Part shown: one piece after another, positions 39,701 through 51,520 of the stretch
Layout: each line of letters begins with the position of its first letter
Numbering within the stretch: position 1 is the stretch's first letter
Assembly: GCA_033442325.1 (NCBI GenBank)
Contig: JAWQFM010000003.1
Span: forward strand, 2,667,657 to 2,731,540
DNA: 63,884 nucleotides
Reading direction: 5' to 3'
From: Salpingoeca rosetta
Lineage: Eukaryota > Protista > Choanoflagellata
The notes under the pieces: model-generated
Databases searched by the model: none
The model's input: only the letters and a program-made list of their open reading frames with translations
Told to the model about the DNA's origin: nothing
Made by a program: the position numbers and the translations under genes

Positions 39701-42700
39701 GCATCAGCGACGTTGTGCCGCGGACGGGCCAGGTTGGCACTGAGGTGACGATTACGGGCAGCGGGCTGCTTGGCGGCGGCAGCGCAGCGGAGGTTGTTGT
39801 GCTTGCTGGCGTGGAGGCCGAGGCTGTGTTGTCGAGCAGCAACGGCATGGTGGTTGTGTCTGCGGGCCAGTCTGCGCCGAGCAACGTGAGCAGCGTTGTT
39901 GTGACGGCGGAGACGGGGGCGACTGTGGAAGGCGCTGGGCTGTTCCAGTATGTGCGCGAGGGCGTGATCCAGAGCGTGACGCCGGCAAGCGGGCAGCGCG
40001 GCACGTATGTGACGATTGTGGGCACGGGCCTGCGCGGCAACAGCAGTGCGGTTGCGGGCGTTGTTGTTGGCGGCGTACCGGCAACGAGCGTTGTATCTGA
40101 GGCCGACGAGGTTGTGGTTGCGCGGCTTGACTCCGCGGGTGCGCAGAGCATGGTTGATGTGCAGGTGACTGGGACGAGCGGGGCGCGCGTTGTTGCTGCG
40201 GGGGCGTTTGAGTACCTTGAGGAGGGCCGCGTGACGAGCGCGGTGCCTGCTGGGGGCCAGATTGGCACTGTGGTGACGCTGGGCGGCGAGCGGCTGCTTG
40301 GCTGGGGCGCGAACGTGAGCCGGGTGACCGTGGGTGGCTCGGCTGTGCGGCGGGTTGTGTCTGCGAGCGACAGCGCTGTTGTGGTTGAGCTTGGGCGCGC
40401 GAGTGGCGGGAGCCAGGGCGTTGTGATTGAGAGCGACACTGGGGCGCTTGTGCAGAACGGCAGCCTGGTGACGTACCTGAGCGAGGGCCGCGTGTCGCGG
40501 GTTGAGCCGTCGAGCGGACGGGAAGGCACCGTGGTGACGCTGTTTGGCAGCGGGCTGCGGGGCGGCAGCAGCGGGGTGTCTGCGGCGCGGATTGGCGCTG
40601 TTGCGCTTCGCGTGCTGCAGGAGAACGACACTGTTGTTGTTGCTGTGATGGGCCGTGGCGGGCAGACGGGCGTTGCGGAGAACGTGACGGTTGTCGGTGC
40701 GAGCGGCGCGCTTGTGTCTGGTGCGGGCCTGTTTACGCCTGTGGGAGCCGGCGCGATTGCGACGGTGAGCCCGACGAGCGGGCAGTACGGGACGCGGGTG
40801 AACATCAGCGGCACGGGGCTGCTGGGCGGCGGCAGCACGGCACAGGCTGTTGAGCTGGGTGGCACGGCGGCGCTGAGCATTGTGAGCGCGAGCGAGACAC
40901 TGGTGCGGGTTGTTGCGAATAGCAGCCGCGCGCTTGGGCTCGGGAGCGTGCGGATCACGGCGGACACGGGGGCTGTGATTGAGCGGAACGCGACGTGGAC
41001 GGGCCTTGAGGACGGTGCGATTGTGCGCGTTGATCCGGCGAGCGGGCAGGCGGGCACGGTTGTGACGATTGCGGGCGTGCGCCTGCGCGGGGGCTCCTCT
41101 GGCGTTGCCAGCGTGACGCTTGCTGGGCGAGGCGTGCGGGAGATTGTGTCTGAGAACGAGACTGCCGTTGTTGTTGTTTGCGATGGCGGCGTTGCTGGCG
41201 CCGGGGATGTTGTGCTGACGGGCGCGAGCGGCGCTGTTGTGCGCGCGATGGCGGCGTTTGAGGTGCTTGAGGGCGGCGTTGTGACGGGGGTGACTCCGTC
41301 GCAGGGTGTGCTCGGCACGTTTGTGACGGTGACTGGGGAGCGGCTGCTTGGCGGCGGGGCGAGCGTTGCGCGGGTGATGCTTGCTGGTGCGGTTGCTGAA
41401 CAGGTGGTGTCTGCCAACTCGACGCGGGTTGTTGTTCGGGCTGGCGCGCCGGCTGGGATGGTGCCGCAGAACGGCAGCGTGGTGATTGTGAGCGACAGCG
41501 GGGCGGTCGTTGAGGCAGCGGACTCGTTTGAATACGGCGTTGCTGGCGTTGTGGCGAGCGTGAGCCCTGCGTATGGGCAGCTTGACACAGTTGTGACGAT
41601 CCGCGGCAGCGGGCTGCTGTCTGGCGGGCAGCATCTTGTGTCTGTGGTCCTGGCTGGTGTTGCGGCGAAGCAGATTGTGAGCTTCAACGCGACGCAGGCT
41701 GTTGTGGTTGCCAACGCATCTGCGACTGCGAGCTCGCTTGTGGGCGACGTTGTGCTTGTGAGCGAGACGGGCGGCCGCGCTGTCGGCGCCAACATGTGGG
41801 AGTACCGGGCGCAGGGCCGCATTTACGACGTGTCACCAAGCACGGGCAACAGTGGTACAAGCGTGCTTATTGTTGGTGAGAACCTGCTCGGCCATGGCAC
41901 TGGAGTGGAGAGCGTGACTCTTGGCGGCGTGGAAGCTGAGGTGCTGAGCGCAACGAACTTCTTCGTTCGCGTGGTCGCTGGGGCAGGCAACACGATGAGT
42001 GGCAACTCGATTGTGCTGACGTCTGACACGGGATCAACTGTGGCGCTTGCTGGCAGCTGGACGTACAGTGCGCCCGCACAGATTGATGCAGTGCAGCCCG
42101 CGGCTGGCCAGGCTGGCACGAGAGTGACAGTGACCGGCATGTCGCTGCTTCAGGGCGGTGCGCGCATTGCGACCGCACGCCTTGCTGGATATGTGGCGAC
42201 TGTGCTGAGCTCGAACGAGACGCGCGTTGTTGTGCAAGCGCCGGCCGGGTCTGGTGAAGAAATGCTTGGCGACGTTGTGCTCGTGAACGAGCATGGCGCG
42301 ACTGTGACTGCAAGCAACGCTTGGACACAGCTAGAGCCGTCTGACATTGACGTTGTTGCACCGGTTGTTGGCCAGGCTGGCTCGATCGTGACCATCACTG
42401 GCCGACGCCTTGCTGGTAGCGGCGACAGCGTGAGCGAGGTTGAGCTTGTCGGCGTACCTGCTGCACGCATTGTGTCTGCGAATGAGAGCACGGTTGTTGT
42501 TGAGGCTGGCGTGAATGCGGCGGCTAATGCAGCGGCGGTGCGAGGCAGCGTTGTGATTCGCCTGGGCGGCGGTGCCGAAATTGTTCGCTTCAGGCATTCA
42601 CATTTGCAACACCTGGTGTTGTGAGCAGCGTGGTCCCCGGCGAGGGCCAGCTGGGGACGTATGTGACGATTGCGGGCAGCGGCCTGCTGAGCGGCAGCCG

Positions 42701-44483
42701 CGGGCTCTCTGACGTGCGCCTGGGCGACACGAGCGTGCAGCAGATTGTGTCGCAGAGCAACACGCAGGTTGTTGTGCGTGCTGGTGACGGCATGGGCACG
42801 GCGCCGGGTGCGTACGAGAATGTGACGCTTGTGTCTGACAGCGGCGCGCCTGTTGTTGGTGCGCTGGTGTGGGCGTACCTGGATGCTGGCGTGATCAGCG
42901 GGGTTGCGCCGAGCCAGGGGCACTTTGGCACGTACGTGACGGTTCGTGGGCAGCGGCTGCTTGGCGGCGGAAGCGCGCTTGCGAGTGCGACGCTCAACGA
43001 CATTGCTGCGACAATTTTGTCTGCAAACAATACGGTTGTTGTGCTTCGGGCAAACGCGAGCAGCTCGTCTGGCATGGGCCACGTTGTGCTGACGGCGGAC
43101 ACGGGAGCCATGGTGTCTGCGGAGAACGCGTTTGAGTATGTGATGCCGGGTGTGATTTCGGGTGTGTCGCCTGTGTCTGGACAGGAGGGCACGGTTGTGA
43201 CCATCACGGGTACCGGGTTGCTTGGAGGCGGCAGCGATGTGGCGCAGGTGACGCTTGGCGGCGTGCTTGCGCTGCGCGTGCTTGCAGGCAACGACACGCG
43301 CGTTGTGGTGCAGGCTGCACGCGGCCCCGGCAGCAGCATGCGCGTGGAGGTGATGAGCAACAGCGGCTCGGTTGTTGGTGCTGATGGGCTGTTCACGTAT
43401 GTGGCCGAGGGTGCAGTACAGAGCGTGGCACCTGCGAGCGGCCAGGCCGGCACGCGAGTGACGGTGAGCGGTGAGCGCCTGCGTGGTGCCGGGGCGCGGG
43501 TTGCAGCTGTTGAGGTTGGCGGCGTGCTTGCAGCGATTGAGTCTGAGAACGACACGGTTGTGGTTGCGCGCATTCCGGAGAGCACGTCGCGCACTGGGCT
43601 GAGCGACGTTATTGTGCGTGCAGACACGATGGCTGTGATCCGCGCGGACGCGAGCTTCACGTTTGTTGCGAACGGGAGCATTGCGAGCGTTGAGCCTGCC
43701 CGCGGGCAGCGCGGCACGCTTGTGACGGTGCGTGGCGAGCGGCTGCTCGGTGCTGCGAGTGGGTTGGCGAGTGTGACGCTTGCTGGTGTTGAGGTTGAAG
43801 ACATTGTGAGCGCGAACGACAGCACTGTTGTTGTGTCTGCGGCGCGTGGTGCTGTGGGCAGCGGCGCTGTTGTGCTGACGGCGACGAGCGGCGCTGTTGT
43901 GACGGGTGCGGTTGCGTTTGAGTACACGATTGAGGGCAACGTGACGGACGTGTCGCCCTCACTGGGCCAGGCGGGCACCCTCGTCACCATCACGGGAACC
44001 AACCTGCTTGGTGGTGCGTCGTCGCTGCGCCGCGCATTCGTCGCTGGCGTGCCTCTGTCTTCCGTTGTGTCTGCCAATTCGAGTGCCGTTGTTGGCCGCC
44101 TCGGTCCATCCTCTCCACAAACAGGCAGGGTTGAACTTGTTTCCAGCACAGGCGCACTTGTGAGTGGCACCCCGCAGTTTACGTACCTGAACGCGAGCGC
44201 CATTTCGCTTGTGTCCCCAAGCGAGGGCCAGCGTGGCGTGTTTGTGAACATTTACGGACGCAACCTGTTTGGCGGCGGCTCCACCATTTCGAGCGTGGAG
44301 CTAGGCGGCGTGCCTGCAACCATCCTGAATGCGACGGAGACGATGGTCCGCATTCGCGCTGGCGAGTCCTTTGGTCTTGGACTTGGCGATGTTGTTGTGC
44401 AGTCTGACACGGGCGCAACTACACTGGTGCACGATGCTTGGACGTACGATGTGCCAAGCAACATCACTGCCGTTTGCGTTTGA
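33775..44483 (+). CDS. Giant extracellular protein of 38 tandem IPT/TIG repeats; 1-nt frameshift near 42590 and abrupt end (possible pseudogene or assembly error)
   Basis: Small exon 33775-33797 splices in phase to an exon starting at 34173. Signal peptide LLVAACTLLLLLLLTTAGTASG. Unit of about 87 aa: G-I-V-P--GQ-GT-VTI-G--LLGGG...VTLAGV...GDVV--ADTGA...AF-Y. 31 units in ORF 34177-42624 and 7 in ORF 42621-44483. Many N-glycosylation sequons. Confidence 0.85.
38947..39042 (+). repeat. Perfect 48-bp in-frame tandem duplication (TGVASVTLAGVTASVF x2)
   Basis: acgggggttgcctctgtgacgctggctggtgtgacggcgagcgtgttc occurs twice in tandem within repeat 18. Confidence 0.95.
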
Positions 44484-44629
44484 GACCCGAACGAATTCAT
44501 CATCTGCCTCGGGCGTGCTTGATCACGTGCGAGCGTGTGTGCGTGTGGGTGTTTCTTGAAGAGAGGGGGATGAAGTGGTGGAGTCGGTGATGGTGCGTGT
44601 GGTATGAACCGTGCTTGACAGTGGGGTAC

Positions 44630-44674
<45 letters not shown>

Positions 44675-45273
44675 GGGTGTCACTTTGAAGTTTGTGTGGC
44701 TGTTTCCGTTACTTTTTCTCTTTCTCTGCTTTGTGTTTTGGTTTCTGACTTGAGTTGCAAGCAGCAGTCACTATGCACTCTGTGGTCACACGCAGCATGT
44801 TGCACACACGTGCGTGCAGGCAACCCATGATTTCATTTTTGTTTCTTTCGTTTTGTTTCTTGTCTGACTTGACATGACGTGGCTTACGGATTGTGGATGG
44901 TGCGAGTGGTGGCGATTCACACCACCTTTCTTTTGACAGTGTCGCTTCGCCGCTTCAGCCATTTTTTCCAACGTGCTCGCTCGTCACATACAACACACTA
45001 CACTCACCTTCCCTTTTTGTTTCTTGTGTCAAACCATCCTATGTGCCATTGTGCTGCGCTGTGATGTGTGGTGTGCTGACGCCCCAAGAGTCGCTGTTCG
45101 TTTTTTTGCTCATGATATTCTGTCATTTCACACAATTTCCATTGCAATGAAACACAATTCGTTTCAATGATCAACTTCAAGAACACACGCACACACACAC
45201 GCACACACACACACAGGCACTTTCAGACATGCACACACATACACACACACGCACACACACACACACACACTGA

Positions 45274-46856
45274 TCATTGAGCATGTTCTCTTTGGGCTGA
45301 TACTGCTTCATCACCGACATCTTCATCGTCCTCACTTCCGCTGTCAATCATGTACCGCTGCTGGTGTCCGGTCTGTCCTCGTTGCCGTGCGTGTGCGTAC
45401 GGTTGCGCGTCCATGAGCGTTTCCCCGCTCTCCTCGCCGTCGTCGTCCTCTTGCGCCATCATCATCGGTCCACTCAGTGGCGATTGCCGCTGCAGCTGCT
45501 GTGCAACCGCCTCTTCCTGTTCGGGTCCTGCTGATGTGGCTGTGCTGTTTGCTTCGGCCGCGTCGCTGCTGCTGTGCCTGCTGCCCTGCATTTTCTTGTC
45601 GCTGTCAACGGCGTGTCTCGCTGCATGTGTGCTGCTTGCTGCCTCTGTGCTTGCTGTTGCTGTCGAGCTTGATGCTGGACCGCGCTGCTGGTGGCGTGAG
45701 ACAGAGCCAGGTTTTGGTTTCGCCTTGACTGGCTTGACTGGCTTGAGCGGCTCCTCAATCTTGGGTTCGGCAGGCTCCTTTGAGGTCAGGGAGTCCTTGT
45801 CGAAGTTGAACAGGTCTGTCCAGAAGTTTTTGCGTGCTCCTGGTGTAGGTGAAGGTGCTGCAGCCGTTGCATGACCGCTGCTGCCGCCGCCGCTGCTGCT
45901 GTTGCTGCTGCTGTTACTGCTACTGTTGCCGCGCGCTGTCGCCTTTGTCGTGCCTGCACCTGTGTTCTGCGAGCGACGTCGCAGGTTGTACTCGGCGCGA
46001 TTGCGAGGCAGGGCCTTGATCTCCTTCGGTGTGAGCTTGGGCACCTTGGTGAACACGTTGTCGGGCAGCGACGGTGGTTTGTCGGCGAGGGGCAACGTGG
46101 TCTGGTTGGGACGGCCATCATGTGTGCCGTACACCTGTTTGCGCAATTCCTGCAGCTTGAGCTGTTTGCTGCGCTCGTACCTGGCAACCAGCGTCACGGG
46201 CAGATGCTCCTCAGGCTCCCACGTGCTCTCTTCTTCAGGGAATCTGATGACGGCAACAACAGCCAGTGACATGTGAGTGCGAACGCGTGTATGGGTGTAG
46301 ATGCGTGCATGTGTATGTGTTTGTGTGCACCCATGTGTGCGCATGTGTGTGTGTGTGTGAAGATGAGGTGGACAACGCTGAGCATGACTGCAGACAAGGC
46401 GAGCAACGCTACGCACCCCTTCCATTTGACCCGAAAGATGTACTTAGAAGACCCGCGTTTCGCTAGCCTGTCTTCCAGGATCTGCTCTGGCTCAAACTCG
46501 CCAGCCACCACATCCTGTCCATGCAAGCAGTTGGCGGTAGGAATTAACGGTTGGAGTTGGTGTTGGTGACAACGTGACTGTGTGAGTGCTACACGTGTGC
46601 ACGGGCTGGTTGGTTGCTTGGTTGGTTTGCTTGGCAGGGCAAGAAACAATGAAAACGAGGACAAAGGCAGAGGGGACGTGGGTGAGTATGGATCAAGCGC
46701 TTACCTCCTTGGGAATGTATTCTGGTTGCTCATGTGCGCTGGGTGGCAGATGTGGGTTCTATGCAGCAACGCAGCGTGAAGGGACACACGAGTTGTGAGT
46801 GACGAAAGAAAACCACAAGCACACGAAACAAGCACAGACACACACAGACACACACA

Positions 46857-46919
<63 letters not shown>

Positions 46920-47086
46920 GGCTAGCGGTTTGCCATAAGGATCCGGCAGGAATGTCGACAGAGGAATCTGTGAGCACACCATCGTGTTCCTCGTTCCCTC
47001 GCTCCCCTGCTCGTCGCTTTCGTCGTGCATTCCTGTCGAGACGTGTCGATTTTGCCCAATATGAGGGCAACACCAACAGTTGAGCT

Positions 47087-47147
<61 letters not shown>

Positions 47148-48285
47148 GCGCGCATGCATGAAGGTTGTCGTTCTGCGTTCGCTCCATCGTGCGAGCGAGC
47201 TCTCTCATTTGAGCGTGCAGCACGAGGAACGACAGCTTTGCTCGACCACGGCTTGTACATACGCTCGTTAACGCCTTCCTCTCGTCCGCTCGCTCGCTCG
47301 CTTGCTTACCGTTGCCGCTGCTGGTACTTTTTGAGAACCACTGCCGGGATCTTGTTGGGTGGCAGCCACCGCCGCTTTTGCCTGTACCATGGGATGTGAC
47401 AAACAAAGCCGTCCAACAACGCGTTTGAGCCGCGTGTCGATGGGGAGGACGCAATGGTCAGGGAAGAGCAGGCATGGTGAAGATCAAGCGTACATCATGA
47501 CACATATGCAAGGTGACACCAACTCTGACGCACGCGCGTGCACAGCATCCACGACAGGAGTGCAATGCAGCAGCGACAGGTGCAGGCGTACCCGGATAGG
47601 TGCAGGCAATACTCGAGGACGCCGTCCCGTGTGCGACTGTCTGTGATTCTGCCCCTTGCCAAAGCGGACGCAGAACGGCCTCGACCTGAACCAGGGACGT
47701 GTGCGTCCATGGCATCAAAGTCGTCGTCGCCGTCATCGTCCATGGCAGCACCCATGTCGCCCTCGGAGAACCCGTCAGTGGACGAGCTTCTCCTCGCCGA
47801 ACGGCGCGCGCGCCCACCCCTGCGCTTCTTTTTCTTTCTCCCGCGCTGCGATCGCTTGCTGTGGCTCTGCTGCGGTGTTCGAGAAAGAATGCTGTGCAAC
47901 CTGCAATGTGTGGGCAAGGAAGGGCAGGTGTGAGTGTGGAACACAAAACCTCCACGTACTTACAGGTGCAAGCTCCACTCCATTGCACACAAGCACACAC
48001 GCACATCCTTCACACTGTTTGTTCATGCAGGCATGTCCGCAAACGCAAGGCACAGCACGCGACTCACTGTGTGTTTGGTGCAGCCTCTGTGAGCACGCCA
48101 TGACAAGGCTTGTCGTTGATCTTTGCCGACAACAAGAACGTCCCGTCACCCATGGGGATCAACTCTTCCACCACCACCCCAGCGACACGACCAGCACCGC
48201 CTGGGCCATCCTGCTGCTGCAAGAGGTCCTTGCTCTGGCTCAAGCTGCTACTGCCGCTGCTGCTGCTCGCAGGTGTGCTCATCAT
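45274..48285 (-). CDS. Chromodomain protein with one canonical and one degenerate chromodomain, about 7 exons
   Basis: Spliced EFEPEQILEDRLAKRGSSKYIFRVKWKG|FPEEESTWEPEEHLPVTLVARYE with an intact F/W/F aromatic cage. Upstream GRITDSRTRDGVLEYCLHLSG|QKRRWLPPNKIPAVVLKKY. NLS-like RKKKKRR and a long disordered C-terminus. Confidence 0.78.
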
Positions 48286-48675
48286 CGTTGTTGCTTGTTC
48301 AAACACACACGACGACGACAACAAAAAGCGGCAGGAAAACGCGCGCTTTCGTTTCATGGTGTCGCAAACCGCAATTCGGGTTGACGTGAAGCGTGGCAGG
48401 CTGCTGGCTGGTGTGCTTTCGCATCGCGTGCGCCGTCCGTGCATGCATATCATGTCATGACATTGCAATCAAATCACCCCACTATCCCCTCACACCAAGT
48501 CTCATGCAACACAAGGTCCGTCCTCCCTCCACATCTTCCCACTCTGTCGCCCTTCAACCTACATGTTTATGACACACGCACACGCACATGCGCGCAAGAA
48601 CACACACAAGCGCACACAAGTGCATCCATCACAAGTCAGATTGGAACGAAAGCAACGGAATCGAAAGACGTGAGT

Positions 48676-51484
48676 TTAGAGAGCAAAGTGATCGTAGGAG
48701 CCACTGCCGGTCGTGTCGGAGTGCAGGGACCCAACACAGCTCACAGACCCATCATCATCATCATCATCGCCCTCCTCTTCAACATGGAGATGGCCCCTTT
48801 CACCACCAGCGCTACCATCACCGCCAGCCAAGTGTTCATCTCCGCCATGACGGCCACCAGCAGGACGCCGCATCGCACGCTGCTGTCGCTGCTGCCGCTG
48901 CACGAGCACGCCGCTGCCGACGTGATGGCCCAGCAAGACAACGCGCTCCTCCTCCCGTTGCTGTTGGTCTGGCATGCAGCTGTCTGCAACGGGGCTTGCC
49001 TGTGGCAGGCAGTGACGCGGCTGCACAGCACGCCCCAGGCGCGACGGCACAATGGGCACTGCGCGGGACCCAAGGCGCTGTGGCTGTAGCGTTCCAGCCA
49101 GCTGCTGCATGGTGGCTGGTGGAATCTCGCCCGACGACACAACAGACACGGGTCCGCCCCCTTCCTCCGTGCTCTCTTCCTCGTCGTCGACGTCAACGTC
49201 ATCACCATAACCGCGGCCGCCCAGCGCAATCGCGCCAACGTCGTCGTCGTCACTGCTGCTGTTGAGGGCACCGCTGCTGCCGTCACTTTGCTCATGTTGG
49301 CCCACGCTAACACTGACACTGACGCTGCTGCTTGTGCTGCTGCTGCTGCTGTTGTTGCTCTGGAAGCTGACATTGCTGGCGGCACGCTGGCGTGCAGCCG
49401 CTGCCAGAGGGTGGAAGCCCATGCCCAGCAACTCCTGCGTGGACAGCGAGGGGCGAGTGCGCGTGCCGCGTGCCGGACTGCCGCGGTCGGCTGCGCCCAA
49501 TGGCTGTATCTTGCTCGGCGTGTACCTGCGCTGGGGCCGTACAGATTGGGAGCTGGACGGGCGAGGCCCCGAGGTTGGCGGTCGCGGCGAGTGCTTGAGG
49601 GGCGACGTGCGCGGGCGGCCCGACACACCCAGGGCTGTGCCTGACGATGCCATGGAGGACGACACAGACGTCAGCCGCGGTGCTGTCGACTGGAACATGG
49701 CGAGTGTGTCGAGGCCAGCACTGCCAGGCACCCACCCGGATGACACAGATGACATGCTCTGGGAGACGGGCTCACTCTCCACATCACACTCATCGTTCGT
49801 TTTAAGCAACGCCACGTCCCCTCGCCGTGGTGTGCCACCCTGGCGCTGACGTTGCTGCTGCTGCTGCTGCTGGAATGGCAGGTGAGTGCCTTGGCCAGTC
49901 CAAGCACCGGCGCCTTCGAGGTGCGACTGCTCGCCAGCCCTGTCCATCGATGCGCCAAGCGGCGTGCTCTCGGAGCGCAGCGGCGTTGACACCGGTGACG
50001 CCTGCAACATCGTTGGTGATGCATCAACCAGCGCAGACGGCGGCGGCGAGCGGGACAGGAGCGACTGCAAGGGCCGTGGCGCCGCCTGCACACCAACGCT
50101 CTCCAGCTGGGGGCGTGGCGGTGATGTTGCTGCACCTTGCACAGCGGGCTGGGACGGCGACTGCTGTGGGGTTCGAGCACCGCCTCCTGGTGAGCCCACC
50201 AGCAGCGCGCCGCCGTCATCAGCGTGGCCGGTGTGATGGCCGCGGTGTGGCGTGGCAAATGCAGACACGCCATCACCGCCGCTCTGCTCGTCACCAGATG
50301 GCGTGGGCGTCCCCTCGGATCGCGACAGGGGCGCCAACACCTCATCGCTGTTCGAGAGCGTGCGAGACATATCCATCCTACCAGCAAGCCACCTTTCTTG
50401 TTGCTGTTGCTGCTGCTGCGCTTGTGGCTGCCTGTTGCCCTGCTGCCCTTCATCGTCCGAGAACGGGTACGGGGGTGCTGCTGCTGCCACCGCTGGCACC
50501 GCCGACGTCGGCTCGAGCCAGGGCGATGTGGATGGTGCGCGGAATGCGCCGCCGGCCTGCCCGGCAAGATCACTGGGCGTGGGGCTCGGCGATGGCGTGC
50601 GAACGCGGTGTGCACCCCCACCCGATCCACGTGGTGCCACCAGCAGCTCGTCGTCATCGACAACAGCAGCGGCTGATGCGGTGGTGGCAGGCAGGGTGGG
50701 CTGCTCGTTGTCTGATGGCGTGCGTGGCTGTTCCTGTTCCTGCTGCTGCTGGCGTGTTTCGCTGTCGTCACGGGGCGCTCGGCGGCTACTCACGTCTGCC
50801 AGCGCCGTGTGCGCGTATGCAAACAACAGCGCGTCGACCTGCGTCTCAATGTCGTGAGCCGTCAGCCCAGCAGGCAGGGTGCCGGTGATTGCTGCGGCTA
50901 CTTCAGTATCGCGCTCTTGCTCGTCATGTGAGTCCGCGTCTTCCGGCTGTAGGGCCGACAGCTGCGACAGCGCCATAGACAGCAACTGGGTCTCAATCAC
51001 ATTTGGAAGATCAGCCACTTGCTGTTGGTGCTGATGGTGTTGTTGTTCTTGTCGTCGCTGATCTTGTTGCGAGATAGCTCGCGGGCCAGGTGCTGTCTGT
51101 GCCGTCTGTGCCCAGTCTGCATTTAGTGCTGGTGGTGCACGTGCCTGTGCCTCGTCTGGTTCTTCTGACACGGTTCGATTGGTGTGCAGCTGCTGTGGCG
51201 GTGTTGTTTGCTGCAGGAGCCGAAGCACATCTGCGGGTGGTGGCAGCTGTTTGGTTGGTGGTGTTATTGCTTGTGCTATTGAGTTCGCTCCTGTTGCTGC
51301 CGGCATGGCCTTGGCCCCACTGCTTTCCCCTTCTTGTTTGCGTTGGTGTTGTGCTCTTTTTTCAGTCTCTCCAACTGCCGTCTGCCTTGGACTGCCAGGT
51401 GTGACGACGGACGTACGAGACCCATCTGTGCTTGCATGCACACGAGTCCTGCGTTTGCCCAGGTCCTCAAAACCACTCCCATTT

Positions 51485-51520
<36 letters not shown>

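Noticed and set aside
37357-41822. Two antisense ORFs of more than 1400 aa (and 42590-44251) overlapping the IPT gene
   Set aside because: They mirror the sense repeats. The G/T-ending Val/Gly/Ala/Thr codon bias depletes antisense stops, and no independent protein features are present.
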